Positions 50,854 through 60,038 of a stretch of 64,000 nt of DNA are shown here, piece by piece. The stretch is from a bacterium. GTDB taxonomy: Bacteria; Electryoneota; JAOADG01. Positions within the stretch are counted from its first letter, which is position 1. Each line of letters opens with the position of its first letter. Position numbers and translations under genes: made by a program. The stretch lies in assembly GCA_963681965.1 (NCBI GenBank), contig OY820579.1, positions 2,784,001 to 2,848,000 on the forward strand, given 5' to 3'. The notes beneath the pieces were generated by a model. It searched no databases and was not told the origin of the DNA. It saw only the letters and a list, made by a program, of their open reading frames with translations.

Positions 50854-51993
50854 ATGGTGAAGTTTCCTACCGATCAAGATCACTATAAAACTCTCGGAAT
50901 TGCACCGGATGCTACTATCGAACAGATTAAATTAGCATATCGGCGACTCGCAAAACGCTATCATCCGGATGCAAATCCCGATGATCCTACAACCGGTGAC
51001 CGCTTTAAACAACTTGCCGAAGCCTATCGCGTGCTTAGCGATCCCAAACTCCGCTTGGAATACCACGAACGTTTTTTAGCACACGCCCGAGCTGGTTTCC
51101 ACAAAATGAAACCAACAGCATATGCTGTTTGGCAAGAATTTTCACAGCATGGCGAGAAGCGGCATCGCGTCGAGAAACGCGGGATGGATATCGTTGTTAC
51201 TATTCCTATCACGCTGGAAGAAATTGTTACCGGGGGAAGTCGTACAGTCACAATCAATCGGTTACACATCTGTAAATTATGTGGCGGAACCGGTGTCAAA
51301 CCGGGGCTGGGAAAAATAATCTGTCCAATCTGCAACGGTATTGGTGAAATACCTGCAACCGGATCGCATGGGTTACGATTTGAACAATGCCGCAATTGCC
51401 ACGGTGAAGGTCAGATAATTCGTGAGCATTGCATGCATTGCAACGGCAAGGGGCGCGAACGTCAAAATCATCCGATGGTGATTCAAATTCCCAAAGGATT
51501 GCCTACCGATAAACCGATTGTGATGAAAGGGCAGGGGCATATTGGCGATAGCGTTGATCAACCCGGTGATCTTCGAGTCAATTTTATCGAAGCACCTCAT
51601 AAGTATTTTACCCGCAGCAACCGCGATCTTCAATATGAAATCATTTTATCACCGGAATTGTATTACCTCGGTGGTGATGTATCCATCCCGACCTTATCCA
51701 CTCCAGTTTCATTAAAACTTGTTGCCGGTCTTCCCGATGGTAAAATGCTGTGTATCCGATCACGTGGACTACCGGCTTGGGACGGTGGTGCTACCGGTGA
51801 TCTCTACGTCGTCGTCAGACATCGATTTCCGCCACGTTATTCACCAACGCTTCGCGAAATTATGCACCGTCTTACCGATCAACCGGAATTCGCACAGTAC
51901 TTCGATTCATCTGGCTTTACGCACCGTCCCGATTTTGTGGAAGAAATTACTCCACAACAGGAAGATGTAAAACCACAGGAACATAAATCGTGA
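50854..51993 (+). CDS. dnaJ: DnaJ-class chaperone
   Basis: J domain with HPD, four CxxCxGxG repeats, GDL motifs; probably a paralogue since dnaK is not adjacent. Confidence 0.8.
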   Translation: MVKFPTDQDHYKTLGIAPDATIEQIKLAYRRLAKRYHPDANPDDPTTGDRFKQLAEAYRVLSDPKLRLEYHERFLAHARAGFHKMKPTAYAVWQEFSQHGEKRHRVEKRGMDIVVTIPITLEEIVTGGSRTVTINRLHICKLCGGTGVKPGLGKIICPICNGIGEIPATGSHGLRFEQCRNCHGEGQIIREHCMHCNGKGRERQNHPMVIQIPKGLPTDKPIVMKGQGHIGDSVDQPGDLRVNFIEAPHKYFTRSNRDLQYEIILSPELYYLGGDVSIPTLSTPVSLKLVAGLPDGKMLCIRSRGLPAWDGGATGDLYVVVRHRFPPRYSPTLREIMHRLTDQPEFAQYFDSSGFTHRPDFVEEITPQQEDVKPQEHKS

Positions 51994-52475
51994 TTGTTCT
52001 GGATGGTCACAGCATCTTACATGCTATTCCCGAATTAATGACGATCTTAAAGCGCGATCCTATCACCGCGATGCAACGCTTGTTGGGTCGTGCGATGCGT
52101 GAATCGAAGATTACCGTAGTTTTTGATGGAAAACAACCAGCACCATTTCCGACCAGCCATGTGAAAGTAATTTTTGCCGATTCGATGGATCACAAGTACG
52201 AACGCGCTGACATGGTCATTCGGGAATTGGTGATCAATAAAAAAGCATCACTTGTCGTCACACGAGATGAGGCATTACGAAGTACAATCACGCAGTTAGG
52301 TGGAAAAGTGGTTGATCCGGAAGTGTGGTACTCTGGAAAATCGCAAGAGAATTTCCCCAAACTTACAAAACACAACAACAGTAATCTTCAGAATAAACGC
52401 GGTCCAGGCGGTACCCATACTGAATGGATAGATCTATTTCGAAATCGACCTCGTGATGATACCGATGATTCATAA
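51990..52475 (+). CDS. NYN/YacP-like PIN-fold protein
   Basis: IVLDGHS, TVVFDG, ADMVI, LVVTRD. Confidence 0.7.
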   Translation: MIVLDGHSILHAIPELMTILKRDPITAMQRLLGRAMRESKITVVFDGKQPAPFPTSHVKVIFADSMDHKYERADMVIRELVINKKASLVVTRDEALRSTITQLGGKVVDPEVWYSGKSQENFPKLTKHNNSNLQNKRGPGGTHTEWIDLFRNRPRDDTDDS

Positions 52476-52504
52476 AAAAGGGTAGAATTGCTTCTACCCT
52501 TTTT
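52474..52504. terminator. Bidirectional intrinsic terminator
   Basis: aaaaaagggtagaa-ttgc-ttctacccttttt. Confidence 0.88.
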
Positions 52505-52521
52505 GAGTATACTGCAAGGAT

Positions 52522-54960
52522 TTATTTCTTTTTGCGTTTAACCTTTTTGGCAATCGGTTTCGATTTTAGTACTACTTTTTTGGATCCATTCTCAATCGGG
52601 ATTAACGCATTGGCAATCACTTCTTCCACCCGTTTTACCGGAATGAATGTGATTACTTTCTTAACCGAGTCGGGCATCTCTTCCAAATCTTTCTGATTTA
52701 AATACGGGATTAAAACCGTTTTAATCCCTGCGCGCGCAGCAGCGACAGCTTTTTCGCGCAAACCACCGATCGGCAGCACTTTCCCTTGAAGCGTGATTTC
52801 GCCGGTCATCGCCAAATCACCTTTTACTTTCCGATTGGAAAAAAGCGAGGTGAGAGCCGTAAGCATTGTTACGCCTGCCGATGGTCCATCTTTCGGTGTT
52901 GCCCCTTCTGGAACGTGGATGTGGATGTCTTTCCCTTGAAGAAAATCTTCTTTGATGCCGTATTCTTTGGCATGCGAACGCAAAATCGAAAGCGCAATTT
53001 CAGCCGATTCCTTCATCACAGCGCCTAATTGACCAGTCAGAAACAGCCCTTTACTACCCGGCATTACTGACGTTTCGATCTTCAGAACATCACCACCGAA
53101 TGGTGTCCATGCCAAGCCATTTGCAACGCCGATAAGCGCTGCTTCCTTTTTGGCAATATCCATAAATGTTGGGATACCAAGTAGTTTGACTACGCTGTCG
53201 CGATCGATTGTCATCAGTCGTTTTAATTTACCGTCGGCTTTCTTGACAGCTAGTTTTCGACAAATCGATCCAATTTCTCGCTCGAGATTTCGAACCCCGG
53301 CTTCCATTGTATATCCGGTGATTACTGCATCCAATGCCGATCGAGTGAATTTTACATCAGTCGATGAAAGACCGTTCTCTGAACGCTGTCGAGGAACGAG
53401 ATACTTCATTCCGATCTCGATTTTTTCCTCAGTCAAGTATCCGGGGAGACGAATGACTTCCATGCGATCGAGGAGCGGTCGGGGAATAGTATCGAGAGTG
53501 TTTGCAGTAGTTAGAAATAACACTTTCGACAAATCCAATTCGACTTCGAGATAATGATCGGTAAAACTGGAATTCTGTTCCGGATCGAGAACTTCCAACA
53601 GTGCCGATGAAGGATCGCCACGGAAATCGGAGCCAAGCTTATCAATTTCATCGAGCATGAATACCGGATTGATCGATCCCGCTTTCACGATACCTTGGAC
53701 GATTCGCCCCGGTAACGCACCAACGTATGTACGCCGGTGTCCCCGGATCTCCGCTTCATCACGCATTCCACCAAGTGAGAATCGAAAGAAATTCCGTCCC
53801 ATCGACCGTGCAATCGAGCGTCCGATCGAAGTCTTCCCAACGCCGGGAGGTCCCACCAAACAAAGGATTGGACCTTTCGAAGTGTCTTTCAATTTCCGAA
53901 CGGCGAGAAATTCGATGATCCTGTCTTTAACATCTTCAAGTCCGAAATGATCGGCTTCGAGAATTTTGCGAGCTTTCTGAATTTCAATACGATCTTCCGT
54001 TACTTTCTTCCACGGGATATCCAGCAACCAGTCAATAAAAGTGCGCGACACACTATATTCGGCAGATGCCGGGCTCATCCTGCCTAACCGTTCGAGTTCC
54101 TTTTCAGCAACTTTTAATGCCGCTTCGGGTATCCCGGCTTTGGCGACTCGGTCGCGTAATTCATCCAATTCTTGATTTTCATTTTCACCCAACTCGCGCT
54201 GGATCGCACGCATCTGCTCGCGCAGCATATACTCGCGCTGCGATTTTCCAATCTCACCTTCCACTTCGGATTGCAGTTTATTACCCAACCGAAGCACTTC
54301 TTGTTCTCGATTGATAATTGCCAATAAACGCGTCATTCGGTCAACGACATCTTCTGCTTCCAGAATTCGTTGTCTTTGAACTATAGATAAATTGAGATTG
54401 GCAGCGATCAAATCTGCAAGCTGTCCGTTCTCCTGAACATTCATTACGGCGATTTTCAATTCATCGGGGAATTGTTGACTCAAGTCGAACAACACCGTCA
54501 TTTCTTCTTGAATCTTCCGCCGTAACGCTTCCGCTTTGTTCGGGTCACTGGTAGTCGTAGTTAGAATTCGCAGCCGAGTGCGCCAGTAGGGATCGGTCTT
54601 TTCAATTGATTCCAGTTCAATTCGTTCGGTGCCTTGTATCAATAGTCGCATGCTGTTATCAGGCATCCGAATCATTTTCAAAATTTGAACGACACATCCG
54701 ATAACATAAACATCCTCGTCCGTGTTACGCGGGGAAACCGTTTCGGACTTTTCATTCGCTTCCTGACGACGAGTAGCAATAGCAAACAATTTAGGACCAG
54801 CCAGCACATCGTTGACGAGGCGGAGTATCGGTGGTTCATTGACTGCCAAAGGAAGCACTAATCCCGGGAAGACCACCAAGTCCTTCACTGGAAGTAAGGG
54901 TAATACATCAGGAATTTGAGCTTTGGTCGTACTGGAAGTATCGATGATTTCTTCGTTCAT
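52522..54960 (-). CDS. lon: ATP-dependent protease La
   Basis: GPPGVGKTS, EAEIRGHRRTY, LDEIDK, PKDGPSAG, PIGGLREK. Confidence 0.97.
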   Translation of the reverse strand: MNEEIIDTSSTTKAQIPDVLPLLPVKDLVVFPGLVLPLAVNEPPILRLVNDVLAGPKLFAIATRRQEANEKSETVSPRNTDEDVYVIGCVVQILKMIRMPDNSMRLLIQGTERIELESIEKTDPYWRTRLRILTTTTSDPNKAEALRRKIQEEMTVLFDLSQQFPDELKIAVMNVQENGQLADLIAANLNLSIVQRQRILEAEDVVDRMTRLLAIINREQEVLRLGNKLQSEVEGEIGKSQREYMLREQMRAIQRELGENENQELDELRDRVAKAGIPEAALKVAEKELERLGRMSPASAEYSVSRTFIDWLLDIPWKKVTEDRIEIQKARKILEADHFGLEDVKDRIIEFLAVRKLKDTSKGPILCLVGPPGVGKTSIGRSIARSMGRNFFRFSLGGMRDEAEIRGHRRTYVGALPGRIVQGIVKAGSINPVFMLDEIDKLGSDFRGDPSSALLEVLDPEQNSSFTDHYLEVELDLSKVLFLTTANTLDTIPRPLLDRMEVIRLPGYLTEEKIEIGMKYLVPRQRSENGLSSTDVKFTRSALDAVITGYTMEAGVRNLEREIGSICRKLAVKKADGKLKRLMTIDRDSVVKLLGIPTFMDIAKKEAALIGVANGLAWTPFGGDVLKIETSVMPGSKGLFLTGQLGAVMKESAEIALSILRSHAKEYGIKEDFLQGKDIHIHVPEGATPKDGPSAGVTMLTALTSLFSNRKVKGDLAMTGEITLQGKVLPIGGLREKAVAAARAGIKTVLIPYLNQKDLEEMPDSVKKVITFIPVKRVEEVIANALIPIENGSKKVVLKSKPIAKKVKRKKK

Positions 54961-55403
54961 ACATCGCTCCGAATTTCAATCGTTACCGTACTGAGTGGTT
55001 CAGGTTGTTTCTTCGTCATACGGATCAACAAAATACCATCCTTATAGGTTACATTGACGGAATCGCCTTCAACTCGGCAAGGCAGTTCGAAAACACGTTC
55101 GAACGGACCGTAGTTGATCTCCATGAGCTGATAATTTCGTTTACAAAAACCTTCGATGTCGTCGCGAATGCCCCGTATTCGGAACTCATTCTGTTCCAGT
55201 ACCATTTTTATCGTATCGCGATTAACACCACTTAAATCGACTGCGATTACTACTTCATCTTCAGTGTCGAATAAATCTGCAGTAGGACGCCAACCCGATT
55301 GAGCCGGGAACGACATCTTCCGATTGAAATAATTACTGAAAATAAAGTCCATTTCGTCGCGAGAATCCGTGGGACTGAATTCTAAATATTTGGATTCCTG
55401 CAT
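54957..55403 (-). CDS. Hsp20/alpha-crystallin small heat-shock protein
   Basis: WRPTADL, EINYGPFERVF.LP, YKDGIL.I; 4-bp overlap with lon. Confidence 0.9.
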   Translation of the reverse strand: MQESKYLEFSPTDSRDEMDFIFSNYFNRKMSFPAQSGWRPTADLFDTEDEVVIAVDLSGVNRDTIKMVLEQNEFRIRGIRDDIEGFCKRNYQLMEINYGPFERVFELPCRVEGDSVNVTYKDGILLIRMTKKQPEPLSTVTIEIRSDV

Positions 55404-55415
55404 TTTATGCTCCCT

Positions 55416-55444
55416 TTGACAATGGGGTGAAAAATCATTATTTT
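55416..55444 (+). promoter_or_regulatory. Putative sigma70 promoter of rpmB
   Basis: TTGACA-17 bp-TATTTT about 40 bp upstream of the ATG. Confidence 0.55.
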
Positions 55445-55483
55445 GCGTGTCTATAACAAACGTAATTAGGAAAAGGTGATCAC

Positions 55484-55675
55484 ATGAGCTTTCAGTGCGA
55501 AATCTGCGGAAAAGGTTCTCTCAAAGGACATAATAAATCGCATGCACACAATTTGACAATCCGTCGTTGGAAACCGAACCTACAAAAGGTACGAGCGGCA
55601 ACACCTCAGGGAACTCAGAGCATCCGCGTCTGCACTGCCTGTATCCAAGCTGGAAAAGTTCTAAAAGCGGTATAA
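55484..55675 (+). CDS. rpmB: 50S ribosomal protein L28
   Basis: CEICGK...G.NKSHA..TIRRWKPNLQ...VCTACI..GKV. Confidence 0.96.
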   Translation: MSFQCEICGKGSLKGHNKSHAHNLTIRRWKPNLQKVRAATPQGTQSIRVCTACIQAGKVLKAV

Positions 55676-55683
55676 CACACGAT

Positions 55684-56442
55684 TTATTCAATTCGTGTTG
55701 TTATTCCCTCGACTGCGATTTTTCGTTTAACCGCCGCTACTTGTGCGGCGGCTTCTTTTTGCGTAAGAAAACGTCCGCTCCAGACTCGATAAAGCTTCTT
55801 ACCCTCTTTCATCCATTCTACAACTTCCACCTGATAGCCATTTTCGCGTAATTGAGCTGCAATTCGGTCGGCAGTAGATTTCACGGAAAATACTCCGAAT
55901 TGTGCTGCAAATTTACCCGCGGGATTGGATGTTGATTTCTCTACTGGTATCGGCTGAGAAGGGTTTTTCTTTTCGCCTTCGGTTCGAGTCGGCAAACTGC
56001 TCGATCCCGCTATCACGGGTGGTTTCGCTAAATCCGGTGATTTCTGTAGTGTCGCATTGATCATAGTGGCCGACTTTGGAGTGGTTTCGGTTGACACAAC
56101 AGTCGCAACGGTGTCGTCTAGTTTCAACTCGGATAGTGGAATAAGTTTAAACATTCCCAGTTGTTTTAATCTAACCTTGGCGATCCGACCAGCTTGACCA
56201 TTTCCATCGGTCCGGATTACTTCCCGATACAAGGATTCGGCTTTATCCGCATCTTCGCTATTCAGCGCATCCCACAGTTGTCGCCAAGCGTTGTCCAGCT
56301 TACCGGAATCGTAAAGCTGCTGAAGCGAGACCCAATCATTTTTGGAATACAATTTACTCCATTGAACCGGCGTCGCGATCACTGGAACCGCAAATATCAG
56401 GAGTATCAATAAAGTGAGAAAATAATATTGGGTCTTATTCAT
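55684..56442 (-). CDS. SPOR-domain protein
   Basis: Signal peptide from the ATG at 56442; QFGVFS...A...LYRVWSGRF....A. Confidence 0.8.
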   Translation of the reverse strand: MNKTQYYFLTLLILLIFAVPVIATPVQWSKLYSKNDWVSLQQLYDSGKLDNAWRQLWDALNSEDADKAESLYREVIRTDGNGQAGRIAKVRLKQLGMFKLIPLSELKLDDTVATVVSTETTPKSATMINATLQKSPDLAKPPVIAGSSSLPTRTEGEKKNPSQPIPVEKSTSNPAGKFAAQFGVFSVKSTADRIAAQLRENGYQVEVVEWMKEGKKLYRVWSGRFLTQKEAAAQVAAVKRKIAVEGITTRIE

Positions 56443-56449
56443 TGCTAGA

Positions 56450-57595
56450 TTACGATCCGAAGCTTTCCCAGCTACCGCACGAAGGACAGAACCATCGCAT
56501 ATTGTCTGCGCTGTAGCCACAAGCCGAACAAGTATAAACGCTGCTTGGTGGCGCTAATCGTTTCATCGCATTCATGCCCAGTTTTGCCAATTCGTCGATG
56601 CGATGAAGTCGAGTCAGGTTACGTGCCAATTCATATTGTAGAATTTCGCTACCGGGATTAGCTTCTAGCCCTTCACGTAGGATTTTCAATGCGTTCTCGG
56701 TTTCACCTTTTCGATCGGCGATTGTTGCCAATGCTACATATCCTCGCACAATATGATGGTGATTTTTTAAGAAGGATTTGTAGAAACCTTCCACTTCGTC
56801 AAATCGCCCCTGTTCAAACAATATTGCTTCGAGGAGTGGAAATGATACATCAGCTTCATCCGGCGCATTTTCTACCAGTTGTTCAATTTCCTTTAGCGAT
56901 TCGGCAATCCGTTTTTCGCGGCGATACGATTCAGCCAATCCGATGAAAGCGCCGGGAAACGCAGGATTATATTTTAATGCTTCGCGATACCGCAGACGAC
57001 CTTCTTTCATCTTTCCACTGGCGCTGAGGCGATCCCCTTCCAATCCGTAGACAATCGCCATCCGATGCGAATTCGGTGCCTCTCCGCGCAAACTGGCAAG
57101 TTTTTTACAGGTTTCGATATAAGCAGCCCAATCCCCTTTGGCAGCGAGATGCTGTAAACTGTGATCCAACGCCCAAGTATTCGATTTATCCAGTGCTAAA
57201 AGCTGATCCAGACTGGATAACGCTTTCTCCGGTAAATTGGCGGCTTCGAAGTCTTCCGTTAACGCTTTGTGGATCGCGATCCGTTCACTGATCGATAATT
57301 GTTCTCGAACCGATAATTCCACATGGAATTTTAATGCGCGTTCAATATCGCCTTGACGCCGAAATACTTCACCCAATCGGACGCGAGCAAAAACATTGTC
57401 GGGATCTTCTTTGGCGGCTTGAAACAGCGCTTTCGTGGCACGTGCCAGATCGCCTTCGAGCAGTAAGTGCTGTCCAAGTTCGAACGGGCTTAATTCACTT
57501 TTTCGAAATGGTCGGCGTGCAGTCGATTGGTAATAGAAGTACCCACCCATCAAGATAAGAAAAACCAAAATGATCAGAAGTAGGAATTCGGTCAC
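56450..57595 (-). CDS. lapB: LPS assembly protein B-like (TPR + rubredoxin-like domain)
   Basis: N-terminal TM, LGEVFRRQGDIERALKFH, TPRs, CSACG...CPSCGSW; next to lapA. Confidence 0.8.
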   Translation of the reverse strand: MTEFLLLIILVFLILMGGYFYYQSTARRPFRKSELSPFELGQHLLLEGDLARATKALFQAAKEDPDNVFARVRLGEVFRRQGDIERALKFHVELSVREQLSISERIAIHKALTEDFEAANLPEKALSSLDQLLALDKSNTWALDHSLQHLAAKGDWAAYIETCKKLASLRGEAPNSHRMAIVYGLEGDRLSASGKMKEGRLRYREALKYNPAFPGAFIGLAESYRREKRIAESLKEIEQLVENAPDEADVSFPLLEAILFEQGRFDEVEGFYKSFLKNHHHIVRGYVALATIADRKGETENALKILREGLEANPGSEILQYELARNLTRLHRIDELAKLGMNAMKRLAPPSSVYTCSACGYSADNMRWFCPSCGSWESFGS

Positions 57596-57678
57596 GGAAG
57601 ACCTCGCTATCGGTTGTTGTCGGATTAATTTGTTTCAACCAAAACAGAAATTAGAACGGTCGGTCACGACCGCTGATT

Positions 57679-58071
57679 TTATGCCCCCCAGCCTTCGAGA
57701 TCGTCGTCTTGTTTGACCGAGCGGACTTCAGCAATTGGAGTGATTGTAAACGTTGGTCGGGATTTCAATAAGCCTTCGACTTCACGATCGAGGTTAAAAT
57801 TGCGGAGTCGATTGAGTTCATCTTTTAACCGATTGCATTCGCGTCGAAAGCGTGCCAGCTCTCCACGCAACTTCAATTGCGATGCGATGGTCAGTAAAAA
57901 GTATAACACCATACCGGCAAGGAACGCGACGAACAGTGCAAGAAATACCGGTGCATCCGGGGAAGTGTATGTGCCGATTTGAATTTTAACTAATTGATCT
58001 TGATTCTGTAATGCAAAACCGACTACAGCGATTACCACAATCGTAATCAAAATCCATCGGAGCATTGCCAT
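57679..58071 (-). CDS. lapA: LapA family protein
   Basis: FALQN, second TM with FLAG, coiled-coil tail. Confidence 0.75.
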   Translation of the reverse strand: MAMLRWILITIVVIAVVGFALQNQDQLVKIQIGTYTSPDAPVFLALFVAFLAGMVLYFLLTIASQLKLRGELARFRRECNRLKDELNRLRNFNLDREVEGLLKSRPTFTITPIAEVRSVKQDDDLEGWGA

Positions 58072-58092
58072 ATCGACCCCTCACAATGATAT

Positions 58093-59415
58093 TTATTTTG
58101 TTGTCAGTGATTCGCCTACGAGCGTCATGGAACGACGACTGGTGATCTTGATTGGAATTAAATCACCCGGCTTTTCGTTTCCTACAGGAATTACCACTGG
58201 ACGGTTCTGAGCAGTGCGTCCGATCCATTCCCGGGTATTTTTCGGCGAAATATTTTCGATCAACACTTCCGCTTCCGATCCGATTTGCGCGGCAACCAAC
58301 TCTGCTTCCATCCGCCGTTGCAATTCGATCAGCTTTTCCAACCGGCGCTGTTTTTCCCCTTCCGGTACATCATCGTTCCAAGTAGCAGCTTTCGTGAAGG
58401 GACGTTGCGAATACTTAAACATGAATGCGCCGGAAAATCCAACTTGACGGACAACATCCAGAGTGTCTTCAAACTGCTCTGCCGTTTCGCCGGGAAAGCC
58501 AACTATAATATCGGTAGAAAAAGCCACCGATGGAACTATCGAACGAATATGATTCACTAAATTTAGATAATCTGCTTTTGAATAGCCGCGGTTCATCCGC
58601 AGCAAGACATCGTCGTTCCCTGCTTGCAGCGGTAAATGAAGGTGGGGGACGAGTACTCGAGGATTGGCTGCGATTGCTTCAAGCAAAGGATCGGGAAAAT
58701 CTTTCGGGTGCGGGGAGGTAAAGCGTACCCGTTTAACTCCTGTAATCTTAGCAACTTCAGTCATTAAATCGGCAAATCGGACCGATTGCTCGGGATCCGC
58801 CCAGGAATTGACATTTTGTCCAAGCAGTGTGATCTCGACAAATCCTTTGGAGACAGCGTCCTTCACTTCATTCAAGATCGAGGAAATGCCTCGAGAGCGT
58901 TCGCGACCACGGGTATGAGGAACGATACAGAAGGTGCAGAAATTGTCGCACCCACGCATGATCGAGATCCAGGCGTTGATCCCTTCGCTTCGTACCGGGA
59001 AGATTTCCTCGTAATTCTCGAATCGATCCCGACGAACGACGACCTCGGCATCGTGTGCCGGAGTTTGGAGCTTGCGAATAATATTGGGGAGGTCGCGATA
59101 AGCATCGGGACCCATCACAAGATCGACCCAAGGGCGTTGCTGGATCAATTTTTCCTGAAGATTTTGCGCCATGCAACCGATGACGCCTAATACCATCGAA
59201 GGTTTCTTCTCTTTGAACTTCCGGTATTGCGCCAAAATGCCTAGAATACGGTCTTCAGCACCTTCCCGCACGGAACAGGTATTGATCAGTATGACATCGG
59301 CTTCAGCTTGGTGTTCCGTAGGTTCATACCCTTCCGGCATCATTACGCCGGCAACCAGCTCGGAATCGGCTTTGTTCATCTGACAGCCGTATGTTTCGAT
59401 TAAAATCTTACGCAT
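58093..59415 (-). CDS. miaB: tRNA i6A37 methylthiotransferase
   Basis: TYGCQMN, NTCSVRE, GCMAQ, GCDNFCTFC radical-SAM motif, TRAM domain. Confidence 0.96.
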   Translation of the reverse strand: MRKILIETYGCQMNKADSELVAGVMMPEGYEPTEHQAEADVILINTCSVREGAEDRILGILAQYRKFKEKKPSMVLGVIGCMAQNLQEKLIQQRPWVDLVMGPDAYRDLPNIIRKLQTPAHDAEVVVRRDRFENYEEIFPVRSEGINAWISIMRGCDNFCTFCIVPHTRGRERSRGISSILNEVKDAVSKGFVEITLLGQNVNSWADPEQSVRFADLMTEVAKITGVKRVRFTSPHPKDFPDPLLEAIAANPRVLVPHLHLPLQAGNDDVLLRMNRGYSKADYLNLVNHIRSIVPSVAFSTDIIVGFPGETAEQFEDTLDVVRQVGFSGAFMFKYSQRPFTKAATWNDDVPEGEKQRRLEKLIELQRRMEAELVAAQIGSEAEVLIENISPKNTREWIGRTAQNRPVVIPVGNEKPGDLIPIKITSRRSMTLVGESLTTK

Positions 59416-59592
59416 TCACCCCTCAACATGCTAACTAATATAGATACGAAGGGGGGAGAGACAAAAAAAGGGGGGATAGGGGGTCGGATGTGGGGGTTGG
59501 GGAAAAGAAGAGGGGATAGAAGATTAGGGTAACAGAAAAGCGTAGGTAGGACTTCAGACCCACTATCTTTATTCTTGAATCTGAATTATGCA

Positions 59593-59896
59593 GTAGGGGG
59601 TCATCCCCGCATGCCCCCGTTCATATATCCTGTATCTTGATTATGTCTTTTTTTAGGTATCCGCCAGCCGGCGGCTGTGGCAATCTACTCATGTATCCTG
59701 ATTATGTCTTTGCGAGGATCGCAGCGAAGTAACATCAGCTGTAGGCTGATTTACGAAGCGAAGAGACGAAGCAACCCCGAAGGGCTCACCGAAGGTAATC
59801 TCCGCATTTGTCGTATATTTTCCGTAAGTGCGAATGCAATTCGCCCATACGGCGGCGACGTGTCGCCGCTCCGGTGCGTTCGCGAACGCACCCTAC
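59593..59896. repeat. Cluster of REP-like palindromes and copy 2 of the dispersed element
   Basis: GTAGGGGGTCATCCCCGCATGCCCCC (59593-59618); element copy at 59699-59805; GCGAATGCAATTCGC; GCGGCGACGTGTCGCCGC; GGTGCGTTCGCGAACGCACCCTAC (59873-59896). Confidence 0.75.
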
Positions 59897-59958
59897 AGTT
59901 ACGGACACGGGCGGTTCCGTTCGCTAACAAAGAATCTTTCACTTGACCCTTAAACCAG

Positions 59959-59987
59959 TTGACAGTCCGAACATCGAATATTATCCT
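59959..59987 (+). promoter_or_regulatory. Putative sigma70 promoter
   Basis: TTGACA-17 bp-TATCCT, about 50 bp upstream of GAGG RBS and ATG at 60039. Confidence 0.55.
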
Positions 59988-60038
59988 ATAGACACCCAAT
60001 TCAATTCGATGGAAGAAACGACTTAGCGCGAGGTAACG

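Noticed and set aside
55404-55483. CIRCE operator upstream of hsp20-lon
   Set aside because: No TTAGCACTC-N9-GAGTGCTAA match
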